DNA of 35,639 bases from Sedimenticola sp. (GTDB lineage Bacteria > Pseudomonadota > Gammaproteobacteria > Chromatiales > Chromatiaceae), in the NCBI GenBank assembly GCA_027023915.1, contig JALVUB010000141.1, positions 1 to 35,639 of the forward strand, given 5' to 3'. The notes under the pieces are model-generated. The model did not search any database. It saw only the letters and a program-made list of their open reading frames with translations, and was not told where the DNA came from. Of the stretch, positions 27,828-35,639 are shown one piece after another. A program made the translations under genes and the position numbers. Every line of letters begins with the position of its first letter. The first letter of the stretch is position 1.

Positions 27828-28289
27828 CTACGGCTGAATGCGGATGCGATAGGCGGCATGGCAGGCCACGCAGTTGCCCATCAGCTCCGCCAGTTGCCGC
27901 CGTGCATGATCCGCGTCTCCCAGCTGGCGGGCGTCCAGCGCCAGAGTGTCAAACCTGCTGTGGGTGTCGAAACCCAGCTTTTTGAACGCCAGCGGCAGCT
28001 TGGCCATGAGCGTGGGCGGCACATCCCTTGCGGCCGCCATGCCCACCCGTGAAGCGGCATCGGCAACCGCCTTCATGTCGTTCTGTTCACTTGCCGTCAA
28101 GATCGTCTGGACAGCCACCAGAAAGCCCCGCATCTCCTTCAGCACCAGATCCCTTTCCCCCGGCTTCAACAACAACGCCTGACGGCCGTCCGGCGCGGTT
28201 TCCACGCTGCCCAGCACGATCAATTTGTAAGCGCCGCCAACCAGGATCAGCAGCAGCGCGCCCAACAAAAGCCAGCACTTTTTAGCCAT
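27828..28289 (-). CDS. Class II (cytochrome c'-like) c-type cytochrome
   Basis: N-terminal signal/anchor, helical body, single C-terminal CVACH followed by YR. Confidence 0.75.
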   Translation of the reverse strand: MAKKCWLLLGALLLILVGGAYKLIVLGSVETAPDGRQALLLKPGERDLVLKEMRGFLVAVQTILTASEQNDMKAVADAASRVGMAAARDVPPTLMAKLPLAFKKLGFDTHSRFDTLALDARQLGDADHARRQLAELMGNCVACHAAYRIRIQP

Positions 28290-28421
28290 CTTACCGGTCT
28301 CCAATCCTTTTGGCCGCCGATGATAACGGGAATCCCGGCGATTGTCCGGGTGACTGATTCATCGCCCCTGTTTTAGAATCTCGCGACTTTCCGTTTCCCA
28401 GCCGAACAGGAGGACTCGAAA

Positions 28422-28766
28422 ATGGCGTATGAAGTGAACGGCCAGACCATAGAGACGGACGAGAACGGCTACCTTACCGACCCCAACGACTGGAACGAAG
28501 AGGTGGCCAAGGTGATCGCCGAAGCCGAGGGAGTGAACCTCACCCAGGAACATTGGGACGTGATGAAGTACCTGCGCGACACCTATTTCGAGGAGGGCGG
28601 CCACCAGCCCAACAACCGGGAGATGGTGAAGGCGATGAGCAAGATCTGGGGCCGCAAGATCGGTTCCAAGGATCTCTTCATGCTCTTCCCCGGCAGCGGC
28701 GGTCCGTCCAAACAAGCTGCCAAGATCGCCGGGCTGCCGGAGACCAAGCGGAAAGGGGGATACTGA
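28422..28766 (+). CDS. DsrC/TusE-family protein without cysteines (RspA-type)
   Basis: Collinear with dsrC (ETDENGYL..W, LTQEHW, LFP..GP.KQA...AGLP) but ends ETKRKGGY and contains no Cys. Confidence 0.88.
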   Translation: MAYEVNGQTIETDENGYLTDPNDWNEEVAKVIAEAEGVNLTQEHWDVMKYLRDTYFEEGGHQPNNREMVKAMSKIWGRKIGSKDLFMLFPGSGGPSKQAAKIAGLPETKRKGGY

Positions 28767-28776
28767 CCCGAGCGGG

Positions 28777-28843
28777 TTGTCGGGCTGAAGCCCGACCTAC
28801 ACAGCGCTTTTCGAAGCAGGTAGGTCGGGCTTCAGCCCGACAA
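28777..28843. repeat. Perfect inverted pair of GTAG-type REP elements
   Basis: TTGTCGGGCTGAAGCCCGACCTAC (28777-28800) and GTAGGTCGGGCTTCAGCCCGACAA (28820-28843). Each arm is internally palindromic. Confidence 0.85.
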
Positions 28844-28852
28844 ACGAACCGC

Positions 28853-29857
28853 TCAATCCGCGGCGTACTCGAACGAGTCGTAGTGCAACTGTGACTCGGG
28901 CACACCCCGCGCCAGCAGCGCTTCGCGCGCGGCGCTCACCATGGGCGGCGGCCCCGCCATGTAGATGTCGTAATTGGGCAAATCATCGCCCAGATCCTCC
29001 AGCACCGCCTCATGCACCCAGCCGGCGCGCCCCTGCCAACTTTCGTCCGGCTCCGACAACACAGGCACGAAGCGGAAGTTGTCGTGCGCCTTCTCCCACT
29101 GCTTCGGCAGATCGGGCAGATAGAGATCCTTCTGTGAGCGCACGCCCCAGTAGAGCCGCATGGGCCGCTCGATGCCGGCATGGAAAGCGTGCTCGATCTG
29201 GGACTTGATGGGCGCGAAACCGGTGCCGCCGGCAATGAAGAGCATGGGCCGGTTGGAGTTTTCATCCAGGGTGAAGGTGCCCAGCGGAGCCTCGATACGA
29301 AGAATGGTCTCCTCCTTCATCTGGGTAAAGGCCCAGTCGGTGAAGACGCCGCCGTCAACATGACGGATATGGAGCTCGATCAGCTCATCCTCGTGAGGTG
29401 GGTTGGCGATGGAGAAGGCGCGCCGGCGGCCGTCGTCGAGAATGAAATCGAGATACTGCCCGGCCATGAACTGCAACCGCTGTTCCTCGGGCGGCTTGAG
29501 CCAGAGCCGCACCACGTCGTCCGCCAAGTGATCGATTTTCACCACCTTTACCGGCATGATTCTCGGCTTGATTTCGTCAGGAGTGAAGATCTCCTCCACG
29601 TCGAGCACCACATCGGTCCGCGGCACCGCCTGACAGGGCAGGCAGGCGTCCTCGGGCGCGTCGATGAGCTTGTCCGGCTCGCCGTCGGGATAATCCACCT
29701 CACCTTCCACCAAGGTCGCCAAACAAGCGCCGCAAAAACCATTGCGGCAACCAAAGGGCAGGCCGATGTCCTGGCGGATGGCCGCGTCGAGAATGGTCTC
29801 GTCCTCCAGCACCTCGAACTGGTGGCCGGTGGCGGCGATTTTTACCTTGAAGCTCAT
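28853..29857 (-). CDS. 2Fe-2S/FAD NAD(P)H oxidoreductase (AscD/RfbI, CDP-6-deoxy-3,4-glucoseen reductase-like)
   Basis: GCRNGFCGAC...LPCQA ferredoxin domain, AGQY, RAFSIAN, AGGTGFAP, YMAGPPPMV, DSF. Confidence 0.88.
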   Translation of the reverse strand: MSFKVKIAATGHQFEVLEDETILDAAIRQDIGLPFGCRNGFCGACLATLVEGEVDYPDGEPDKLIDAPEDACLPCQAVPRTDVVLDVEEIFTPDEIKPRIMPVKVVKIDHLADDVVRLWLKPPEEQRLQFMAGQYLDFILDDGRRRAFSIANPPHEDELIELHIRHVDGGVFTDWAFTQMKEETILRIEAPLGTFTLDENSNRPMLFIAGGTGFAPIKSQIEHAFHAGIERPMRLYWGVRSQKDLYLPDLPKQWEKAHDNFRFVPVLSEPDESWQGRAGWVHEAVLEDLGDDLPNYDIYMAGPPPMVSAAREALLARGVPESQLHYDSFEYAAD

Positions 29858-30000
29858 GGGATCTCCCGGATTCCGTTTGCAATGATGGCGGGATTGTCCC
29901 CCATTTGCCTGGGCAATTAAACCGAGGGCCGGCAGGGGTTCAAGCCGCGGGCGGGCGCGGATGGTATCATGCAAGCAGTTCCAACCCAGTTACCAGCTGC

Positions 30001-30372
30001 ATGGAAATAGAAGCATTGCGTGACCTGGTGGTCCAGGTCATGGAAGAGATGAAGGCTCGCGACATCGAAGTAATCGACGTGCGCGGCAAGACCGACATCA
30101 CCGACTATCTGGTCATCGCTTCGGGCACCTCGGACCGGCATGTGAAATCCATCGCCGAGGCGGTGGCCTTCCAGGCCAAGCTCAAGGGCGAGCCGCCCCT
30201 GGGAACCGAAGGGGTCAACGAGGGCGAATGGGCCCTGGTCGATCTCAACGGCGTGGTGGCCCATGTGATGCAGCCCAGAGTGCGCGATTTCTACCAGTTG
30301 GAAAAGCTCTGGTCGGTGGACGCCAAGGCGGCGGAAAAGCTGGCCCGCGAGCGCGGCGCCGAATCCTCCTGA
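30001..30372 (+). CDS. rsfS: Ribosome silencing factor RsfS
   Basis: KARDIEVIDV, DYLVIASGTSDRHV, WALVDL, RDFYQLEKLW. Confidence 0.93.
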   Translation: MEIEALRDLVVQVMEEMKARDIEVIDVRGKTDITDYLVIASGTSDRHVKSIAEAVAFQAKLKGEPPLGTEGVNEGEWALVDLNGVVAHVMQPRVRDFYQLEKLWSVDAKAAEKLARERGAESS

Positions 30373-30418
30373 TTTCCCGGTGAGTCGGATGGAAACCCGA
30401 CCCACCGAAAAACCGTTC

Positions 30419-31300
30419 TCAACCCCCCCGCTGCAACGCTTCGATGCGCTTCTCCAGCGGCGGATGGCTGGCGAAAAGCTCACGCAGTCCGCCACCGGCG
30501 ATGCCGAAGGCGGCCATCTGATCCGGCAGCGGTTGGGGCTGTCCCTGCTGCAAGCGACGTAGCGCGGCGATCATCTTCTCCCTTCCCGCCAGGGCGGCGC
30601 CCCCCGCATCGGCACGGAATTCGCGCCAGCGCGAGAACCAAGCCACGATCATCATCGCCAGTATGCCCAGCACAAACTGGGCCACCATGGAGGCGATGAA
30701 ATAACCCGGGCCGTAGCCGTAGTTCTGTTCCCGCCGGTCGCCGGCAAGAAAGCTGTCCACCAAGGTGCCGATGATCCGCGACAAAAAGACCACAAAGGTG
30801 TTGACCACCCCCTGGATCAGCGACAGGGTCACCATATCCCCATTGTTTACATGAGTAATCTCGTGTCCCAGAACCGCTTCCACTTCGTCCGCGTTCATCT
30901 GTTGCAGCAGCCCCGCGCTCACCGCCACCAGGGCGGCATTGCGGTTCCAGCCGGTGGCGAAGGCGTTGGGCGAAGCGCTGGGGAAAATCCCCACCTCCGG
31001 CATCTTGATACCGGCCTTCTGTGCCAGATGCGCCACCGTCTCCACCAGCCAGCGTTCAGTATTGTTGGCCGGCTGATCGATCACCTGCACCCGCATGCTT
31101 CTCTTGGCCATCCACTTGGAGGTGAACAGCGAAATGAGCGAGCCCGAAAAACCGATCACCGCTGACATGACCAGCAGTCCGTTGAGATTAATGCCGCCGC
31201 TCTGTGCCAACATCTGATCCACGCCCAGAATGCGCATGGTGATACTGAGCATGGCCAGAATGGCCACGTTGGTTCCCATAAAGAGCAGGATTCTCAGCAT
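30419..31300 (-). CDS. htpX: Membrane zinc protease HtpX (M48)
   Basis: MLRILLF, PNAFATG, HEITH, FSRWREFRAD, SHPPLEKRI. Confidence 0.94.
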   Translation of the reverse strand: MLRILLFMGTNVAILAMLSITMRILGVDQMLAQSGGINLNGLLVMSAVIGFSGSLISLFTSKWMAKRSMRVQVIDQPANNTERWLVETVAHLAQKAGIKMPEVGIFPSASPNAFATGWNRNAALVAVSAGLLQQMNADEVEAVLGHEITHVNNGDMVTLSLIQGVVNTFVVFLSRIIGTLVDSFLAGDRREQNYGYGPGYFIASMVAQFVLGILAMMIVAWFSRWREFRADAGGAALAGREKMIAALRRLQQGQPQPLPDQMAAFGIAGGGLRELFASHPPLEKRIEALQRGG

Positions 31301-31366
31301 GGTGTAGTAACTCCTCCGTTGTGGTAGCCTCATGGATGATAACCTGCCAGTTACCAGGAGGCGACA

Positions 31367-31615
31367 GTGACAAAACCCCGAATCGCCGGCACCCGGCCAG
31401 CCGTGGTTTCCCTCGAAGCCGGAGAGACCGTGTGGTGGTGCAGCTGTGGCAGAAGTCAGACCCAACCTTTTTGCGATGGTTCCCACAAGGGCACCGGCTT
31501 CGAGCCCATGGAGTTCGTGGCGCCACGGGATGACGATTACTGGTTCTGCACCTGCAAGCAGACCCAAAAACCACCCTTTTGCGACGGCGCCCACAAAAAG
31601 CTGGAGGATTCATGA
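31367..31615 (+). CDS. Tandem CDGSH 2Fe-2S protein
   Basis: WCSCGRSQTQPFCDGSH and FCTCKQTQKPPFCDGAH. AGGAGG RBS. Confidence 0.92.
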   Translation: MTKPRIAGTRPAVVSLEAGETVWWCSCGRSQTQPFCDGSHKGTGFEPMEFVAPRDDDYWFCTCKQTQKPPFCDGAHKKLEDS

Positions 31616-31947
31616 ACAGGGAAGAAGCCCCCGCCTGCTCCCTGCCGCGAGAGCCCGATTATTCAGGCGTCACCCAGGTGGCGCTGCATCCCGCTCCTTC
31701 TCCCACCGACTACCGCCAGGCGATGAAACTGGCGGACGCCGAGGCGGAGAAACGGCTGGGTGAATACATGCTCCTCTCCTGGTACGACCGCGACCGGGAT
31801 TTCGAGTCACCCCAGCACGCCAGCGAGTGCCACGAGAACAGCGCCATCCCCGGCTATGTGGACTACGGTATCAACCACGGCGCCACCCTGAAGGTGGACA
31901 TCGAGGATGGCCGCTTCGTCTTTTTCTACATGCCGCTGGAGATGTAG
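31612..31947 (+). CDS. Conserved hypothetical protein, probably AF1514/DUF5619 family
   Basis: LLSWYDRDRDFESPQHASECH...PGYVDYG...LKVDI...FVFFY, recognised from memory. ATGA overlap with the CDGSH gene. Confidence 0.65.
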   Translation: MNREEAPACSLPREPDYSGVTQVALHPAPSPTDYRQAMKLADAEAEKRLGEYMLLSWYDRDRDFESPQHASECHENSAIPGYVDYGINHGATLKVDIEDGRFVFFYMPLEM

Positions 31948-32525
31948 CCCGGTTCCAACTGGAAACGCCACAAACGGGCTTGATCCTCCTCGGTGGCGTA
32001 GCCGATGCCCACACGGGGGGAAGCCACCACCTTTTCCGACGGAACACTCACCCCCTCTTCCAACCACAATGTCTTGCCCTCCACCGGCTTTCCGTTGAGC
32101 GCGCGGTCGATAGCCAGAGCATTGCAGAGTTTTCCCGGCCCGTCCGCCAGGCGTTTGAGCGGAGCGCCGCCGCGCAGCTTCCGCATCCGCTCAACCCCCT
32201 CCACCGGCAGCAGGGCGCGGATGAGTACTGCTTCGGGCTGCCCCTCCGCGGCGGTGACGATGTTTAGCATGTGGTACATGCCGTAAATGAGATAGACATA
32301 GTAATGGCCGGGCGGGCCGTACATCACCTGGGTGCGGGGCGTTCGCCCCCGGCTGGCGTGGCAGGCGGTGTCCGACTCGCCCACATAGGCTTCGGTCTCC
32401 ACAATGAGCCCCGACAGCCGCTCGCCATTCAGGTTGCGCACCAGCAGCCGGCCCAGGAGATCACGCGCCACGGTGACGGTATCGCGGGCGAAAAAATCTT
32501 GTTCCAGACGGTTATCAGAACGCAC
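31926..32525 (-). CDS. mpg: 3-methyladenine DNA glycosylase (AAG/MPG family)
   Basis: IVETEAY, YVYLIYGMY, AVLIRA, GPGKLC, SPRVGI, WRF. The exact start is uncertain. Confidence 0.92.
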   Translation of the reverse strand: MRSDNRLEQDFFARDTVTVARDLLGRLLVRNLNGERLSGLIVETEAYVGESDTACHASRGRTPRTQVMYGPPGHYYVYLIYGMYHMLNIVTAAEGQPEAVLIRALLPVEGVERMRKLRGGAPLKRLADGPGKLCNALAIDRALNGKPVEGKTLWLEEGVSVPSEKVVASPRVGIGYATEEDQARLWRFQLEPGYISSGM

Positions 32526-33375
32526 CGTCGAGCCCGTCCAACCCTTCCCGCGTACATTTGGCACTGGCCAGCCTGACCGCCCGGGCGAGTACCGCCGGCG
32601 GCTCCAGCCCTTCCAGGGTGGCGTGAATCACGCCGGCATTGAAAACATCACCCGCGCCTATGCTGTCCACCACCTGGATCTTCGGCGCCGCCACATGGTG
32701 GATGCGACCATCGCCATCCCGACACCAGCCACCCTGTTCTCCCCAGGCAAGACAGGCGACCTTGTCCGCCGGCGGCACCTCGCGCAGGAAAGTTTCTGCT
32801 TGACTGTAACCGCGACTGGTCGCGTAGGCACGGGAAAAGAGCAACAGATCGGCCAGTGAAAACAGCGCCTCTATGCCCTCGCGGGGCTTTTCCACCTCCA
32901 GGGAAACGGTTGCGCCGCTGTCCCTGGCCCGCTCGAGCATGGCGCCCAGCTCGTCCACCGCCCGCCCTTCGAAATGAATCCAGCGATAGGGCGAGAGGTC
33001 CAGCCCGGCAAAGGCGGACGCGGGATATTCAGGAAGATCTCGGTAATGAACAATGGTGCGGGTGCCGGTGGCCCGGTTGAGCAGTATGCAAGAGTGAGGC
33101 AAACAACCCTGACGGGGACGAAGAACAGGATTTAGATCGATGCCTCTCGCCTCCAGTTCGGTTGCCACCCAATCGCCATCCGGCTCGCGGGGCAACATGC
33201 CTGCCCAGGCACAACGATGACCAAGCTGGGACAGCACTACAAGAGTGTTGGTGGCATTGCCACCCCGGGAGCGGCGCAGGGACAATGCCCGCATCTCTTC
33301 GTCTTCGGCGGGAAAACCGTCAACAAGATGAACGAGATCCAGGGTGGCGATACCCACCCCAAGCACACTGGCCAT
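32515..33375 (-). CDS. PfkB-family kinase, ketohexokinase-like
   Basis: RGGNATNT, RTIVH, WIHFEGR, SLEVEKPR, DSIGAGDVFNAG. Confidence 0.85.
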   Translation of the reverse strand: MASVLGVGIATLDLVHLVDGFPAEDEEMRALSLRRSRGGNATNTLVVLSQLGHRCAWAGMLPREPDGDWVATELEARGIDLNPVLRPRQGCLPHSCILLNRATGTRTIVHYRDLPEYPASAFAGLDLSPYRWIHFEGRAVDELGAMLERARDSGATVSLEVEKPREGIEALFSLADLLLFSRAYATSRGYSQAETFLREVPPADKVACLAWGEQGGWCRDGDGRIHHVAAPKIQVVDSIGAGDVFNAGVIHATLEGLEPPAVLARAVRLASAKCTREGLDGLDGAF

Positions 33376-33427
33376 CAAGACATGAACGAAAAGTGGGAAT
33401 AAGCACCCAGCCGGCGTTGTATCGCCA

Positions 33428-33904
33428 TCAGAAGTAGGCAGAAAGCAGCTTGGCCACGAGAACGGTCAACAGAACGCCGCCCCCAAGGCCAAGCATCACT
33501 CCTTTAACAAAAGGCCCCATGGTCAGGCTGTCCACGCCCACCAGTCCGTGGCGACGCTGCATCCGGGCGTCCCTCAAGCTGGTGACCCGGCTCTCTTCCA
33601 CCCCTTCCTGAATCTCATACAGCGCCTGTTCCAGCTTTTTGCGGGCCTTTTCCACTTCGTCCCGCTGGTACTCGGCCTCTTCCGCCTGCACCGACAACCG
33701 CTCGACCTCCTGCCGCAGACGATCGATTTCGGCATTGGCGTCTTCCAGCTGGTCTTCCAAAAGCTGATGGGCTTCCTGCCAGGCTTTCAGGTCGCGATCG
33801 GCGCGCGCGCCACCGTCGAGGAGTTCGTCGTCCGACCCGACTCCGTGATCCGTATCTTCCGCGACTGATTCCTCCATCGCGCGCAGCTTCTGCTCTTCGC
33901 TCAT
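33428..33904 (-). CDS. Coiled-coil protein with a C-terminal membrane anchor
   Basis: Acidic heptad-rich middle and hydrophobic C-terminus. ATGA overlap with the upstream gene. Confidence 0.7.
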   Translation of the reverse strand: MSEEQKLRAMEESVAEDTDHGVGSDDELLDGGARADRDLKAWQEAHQLLEDQLEDANAEIDRLRQEVERLSVQAEEAEYQRDEVEKARKKLEQALYEIQEGVEESRVTSLRDARMQRRHGLVGVDSLTMGPFVKGVMLGLGGGVLLTVLVAKLLSAYF

Positions 33905-34491
33905 CCCTTCTCTCCCAACAGTTCCTGTTTCAGGCGGTCGCCGACCGGATGCTCGCCCAGCCAGATGGAAAGCAGGGTGGCGGCGAAATCCCGGCCTTCC
34001 AAAAGACCGACCTGTTTTCCATTGATGCTCACTACCAGCCCCTTGCCCGGCAGGTAGTCAAGCCAGACCACGTCGTCACGGCGCAGGTCGGGAAACAGTG
34101 CCTTGAAACGGTCGATCCGCTCGCGCATCCGCGCCAACCCGTTTCTGTCCAGATTGGCCTCGAAGTCCTTCTCCCATCCGTTGGCGAGCCTGTCGGCGCT
34201 CACCTTACGAAAGAGAAAATGCATCACCATCCGCCAGGGCCCCATGTTACCAAGGATGCGTCTTGCGTCGGAATTGCGCTTCTCCAGGTAGAGCGCGGCC
34301 ACATAGATGTCGAAAAAGAATTTTTCCCGAACCCCGGCACCGTTCAACTCCAGAGTGACGCCGTTCCGTTCCACCTTGGCGGGAAATTTCACCCCGGCCA
34401 CTGTCGCCGCCTGGGAAACGCCTGCCGCAAGAAAAAGCCAAAAGGCCCCGCAAAAGGCGATCAACCAGCGATTGAAAGGCTTTGGGCACAT
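33901..34491 (-). CDS. Chalcone isomerase-like exported protein
   Basis: Signal peptide, LNGAGVREKFFFDIYVAALYL, IWLGEHPV...LKQELLG. Confidence 0.85.
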   Translation of the reverse strand: MCPKPFNRWLIAFCGAFWLFLAAGVSQAATVAGVKFPAKVERNGVTLELNGAGVREKFFFDIYVAALYLEKRNSDARRILGNMGPWRMVMHFLFRKVSADRLANGWEKDFEANLDRNGLARMRERIDRFKALFPDLRRDDVVWLDYLPGKGLVVSINGKQVGLLEGRDFAATLLSIWLGEHPVGDRLKQELLGEKG

Positions 34492-34570
34492 ATCCACCAG
34501 CTTTTATGGCAGAAATAAAAACACTATTCAAGAACAGCCTGGCAAAAACCGAATTGTTTCGCCTATCTGT

Positions 34571-35017
34571 TTATCCCCTGCTTTCAAGCCAGAAGGTGAC
34601 CGGGCCGTCGTTGACCAGAGCAACCTGCATGTCGGCGCCGAAACGCCCGCTGGCAACAGGCTCGTGCCGCGCGTGCGCCCGTTGCAGCAGATAATCGAAC
34701 AACCCACGCCCCAGCTCCGGCGGCGCCGCCGAGGTGAAGCTGGCCCGGGTTCCCTTGCGGGTATCGGCCGCCAGGGTGAACTGGGGCACCAGCAGCAGAC
34801 CGCCACCCACATCGCGCAGACTCAGGTTCATGCGGCCATTGTCATCCGGGAACACCCGATAACCCAACAACCTATCGAGCAGGCGGTCGGCCCGCTTTTC
34901 GTCATCTTCCTTCTGCACTCCCACCAGCACCAGCAGGCCGGGACCGATCTCGCCCACCGTTTCGCCCTGGATTGTCACCGACGCCTTGGAGACTCTCTGT
35001 AGCAGCCCGATCACCAT
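34571..35017 (-). CDS. dtd: D-aminoacyl-tRNA deacylase
   Basis: [44 protein letters not shown]. Confidence 0.94.
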   Translation of the reverse strand: MVIGLLQRVSKASVTIQGETVGEIGPGLLVLVGVQKEDDEKRADRLLDRLLGYRVFPDDNGRMNLSLRDVGGGLLLVPQFTLAADTRKGTRASFTSAAPPELGRGLFDYLLQRAHARHEPVASGRFGADMQVALVNDGPVTFWLESRG

Positions 35018-35030
35018 TCAGCTCCAACAG

Positions 35031-35639
35031 TCACCAGCGCCCACCCAACAGGGTGTCCAACAGCCCCCGGCTGATGCGCCGCCCCAAGCTGCTGCCCACC
35101 GAACGGGCCACGCTCTTGGCCATGGCCTCCCACACGCTCTGGCGCCGATAGCCGCTCCGCCGGCGGGACGACCGGCGCGATTTGGCCGCCTGCTCCTCCG
35201 CCCGGGCGGCGGCCTGCATGCGCGCCTCTTCCTGGGCTTTCTGCTTGAGCATTTCGTAGGCCGATTCGCGGTCGATCTCCTGATCGTATTTACCCTTCAG
35301 CGGTGAGCGGGAGATGATCTCGTTGCGCTCATCCGCGGTAAGTGGCCCGATACGGGACGACGGCGGGCGGATGAGAATACGTTCCACCGGCGTGGGTGCC
35401 CCCTTGCCGTTAAGCACGGAAACCAGTGCTTCGCCAGTTCCCAGCTCGGTAATGACCTGTTCAGTGTCCAGATTTGGGTTGGGGCGAAAGGTCTGAGCGA
35501 CCGTTTTCACCGCCTTGCGGTCTCGCGGGGTAAAGGCTCGCAGGGCGTGCTGCACGCGGGCACCAAGCTGACCAAGCACATCTTCCGGCACGTCCAGCGG
35601 ATTCTGGATGACGAAGTACACCCCCACGCCCTTGGAACG
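35031..35639 (-). CDS. DUF853/YjgR HerA-like ATPase, C-terminal part (5' end outside the window)
   Basis: [45 protein letters not shown]. Confidence 0.85.
   Translation of the reverse strand, partial: RSKGVGVYFVIQNPLDVPEDVLGQLGARVQHALRAFTPRDRKAVKTVAQTFRPNPNLDTEQVITELGTGEALVSVLNGKGAPTPVERILIRPPSSRIGPLTADERNEIISRSPLKGKYDQEIDRESAYEMLKQKAQEEARMQAAARAEEQAAKSRRSSRRRSGYRRQSVWEAMAKSVARSVGSSLGRRISRGLLDTLLGGRW

Noticed and set aside
25715-28421. CRISPR array near cas6
   Set aside because: I found no regularly spaced 25-40-nt direct repeats here or in any other intergenic region, only short degenerate motifs.
28777-28843. REP doublet as a mini CRISPR array
   Set aside because: The two copies are inverted rather than direct and carry the GTAG REP head.
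28853-29857. O-antigen dideoxysugar locus
   Set aside because: No other rfb/asc genes are nearby, so it is a generic 2Fe-2S/FAD reductase.
31301-31594. N-terminal extension of HtpX
   Set aside because: It is antisense to the CDGSH gene. HtpX starts at 31300 after a GGAGG RBS.

Overview
A GC-rich chromosomal segment of a sulfur-oxidizing gammaproteobacterium (Chromatiales/Thiolapillus/Sedimenticola-like; the lineage is inferred). Its core is a complete reverse-type dissimilatory sulfite reductase operon, dsrABEFHCMKLJOPNRS (12018-25714, minus strand). The left flank carries argH, a sigma54/NtrC-type porin-glnK-amtB operon, ubiK-comM, pepN-cbiX and grxC-hslR. The right flank carries a class II cytochrome c, a cysteine-free DsrC paralogue, a 2Fe-2S/FAD reductase, rsfS, htpX, a CDGSH protein, mpg, a ketohexokinase-like kinase, dtd and part of a DUF853 ATPase. 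The most striking element is a tightly coupled three-gene operon divergent from dsrA (26207-27815). It ends in a stand-alone Cas6 (Cmx6/I-MYXAN-like) endoribonuclease, and I see no CRISPR array or other cas gene in the window. It faces a long, hairpin-rich dsrA upstream region, and the dsr operon is punctuated by stem-loops. My hypothesis is a domesticated Cas6 module that processes or regulates the sulfur-oxidation mRNA. All protein calls come from motif recognition by eye, not from database searches.
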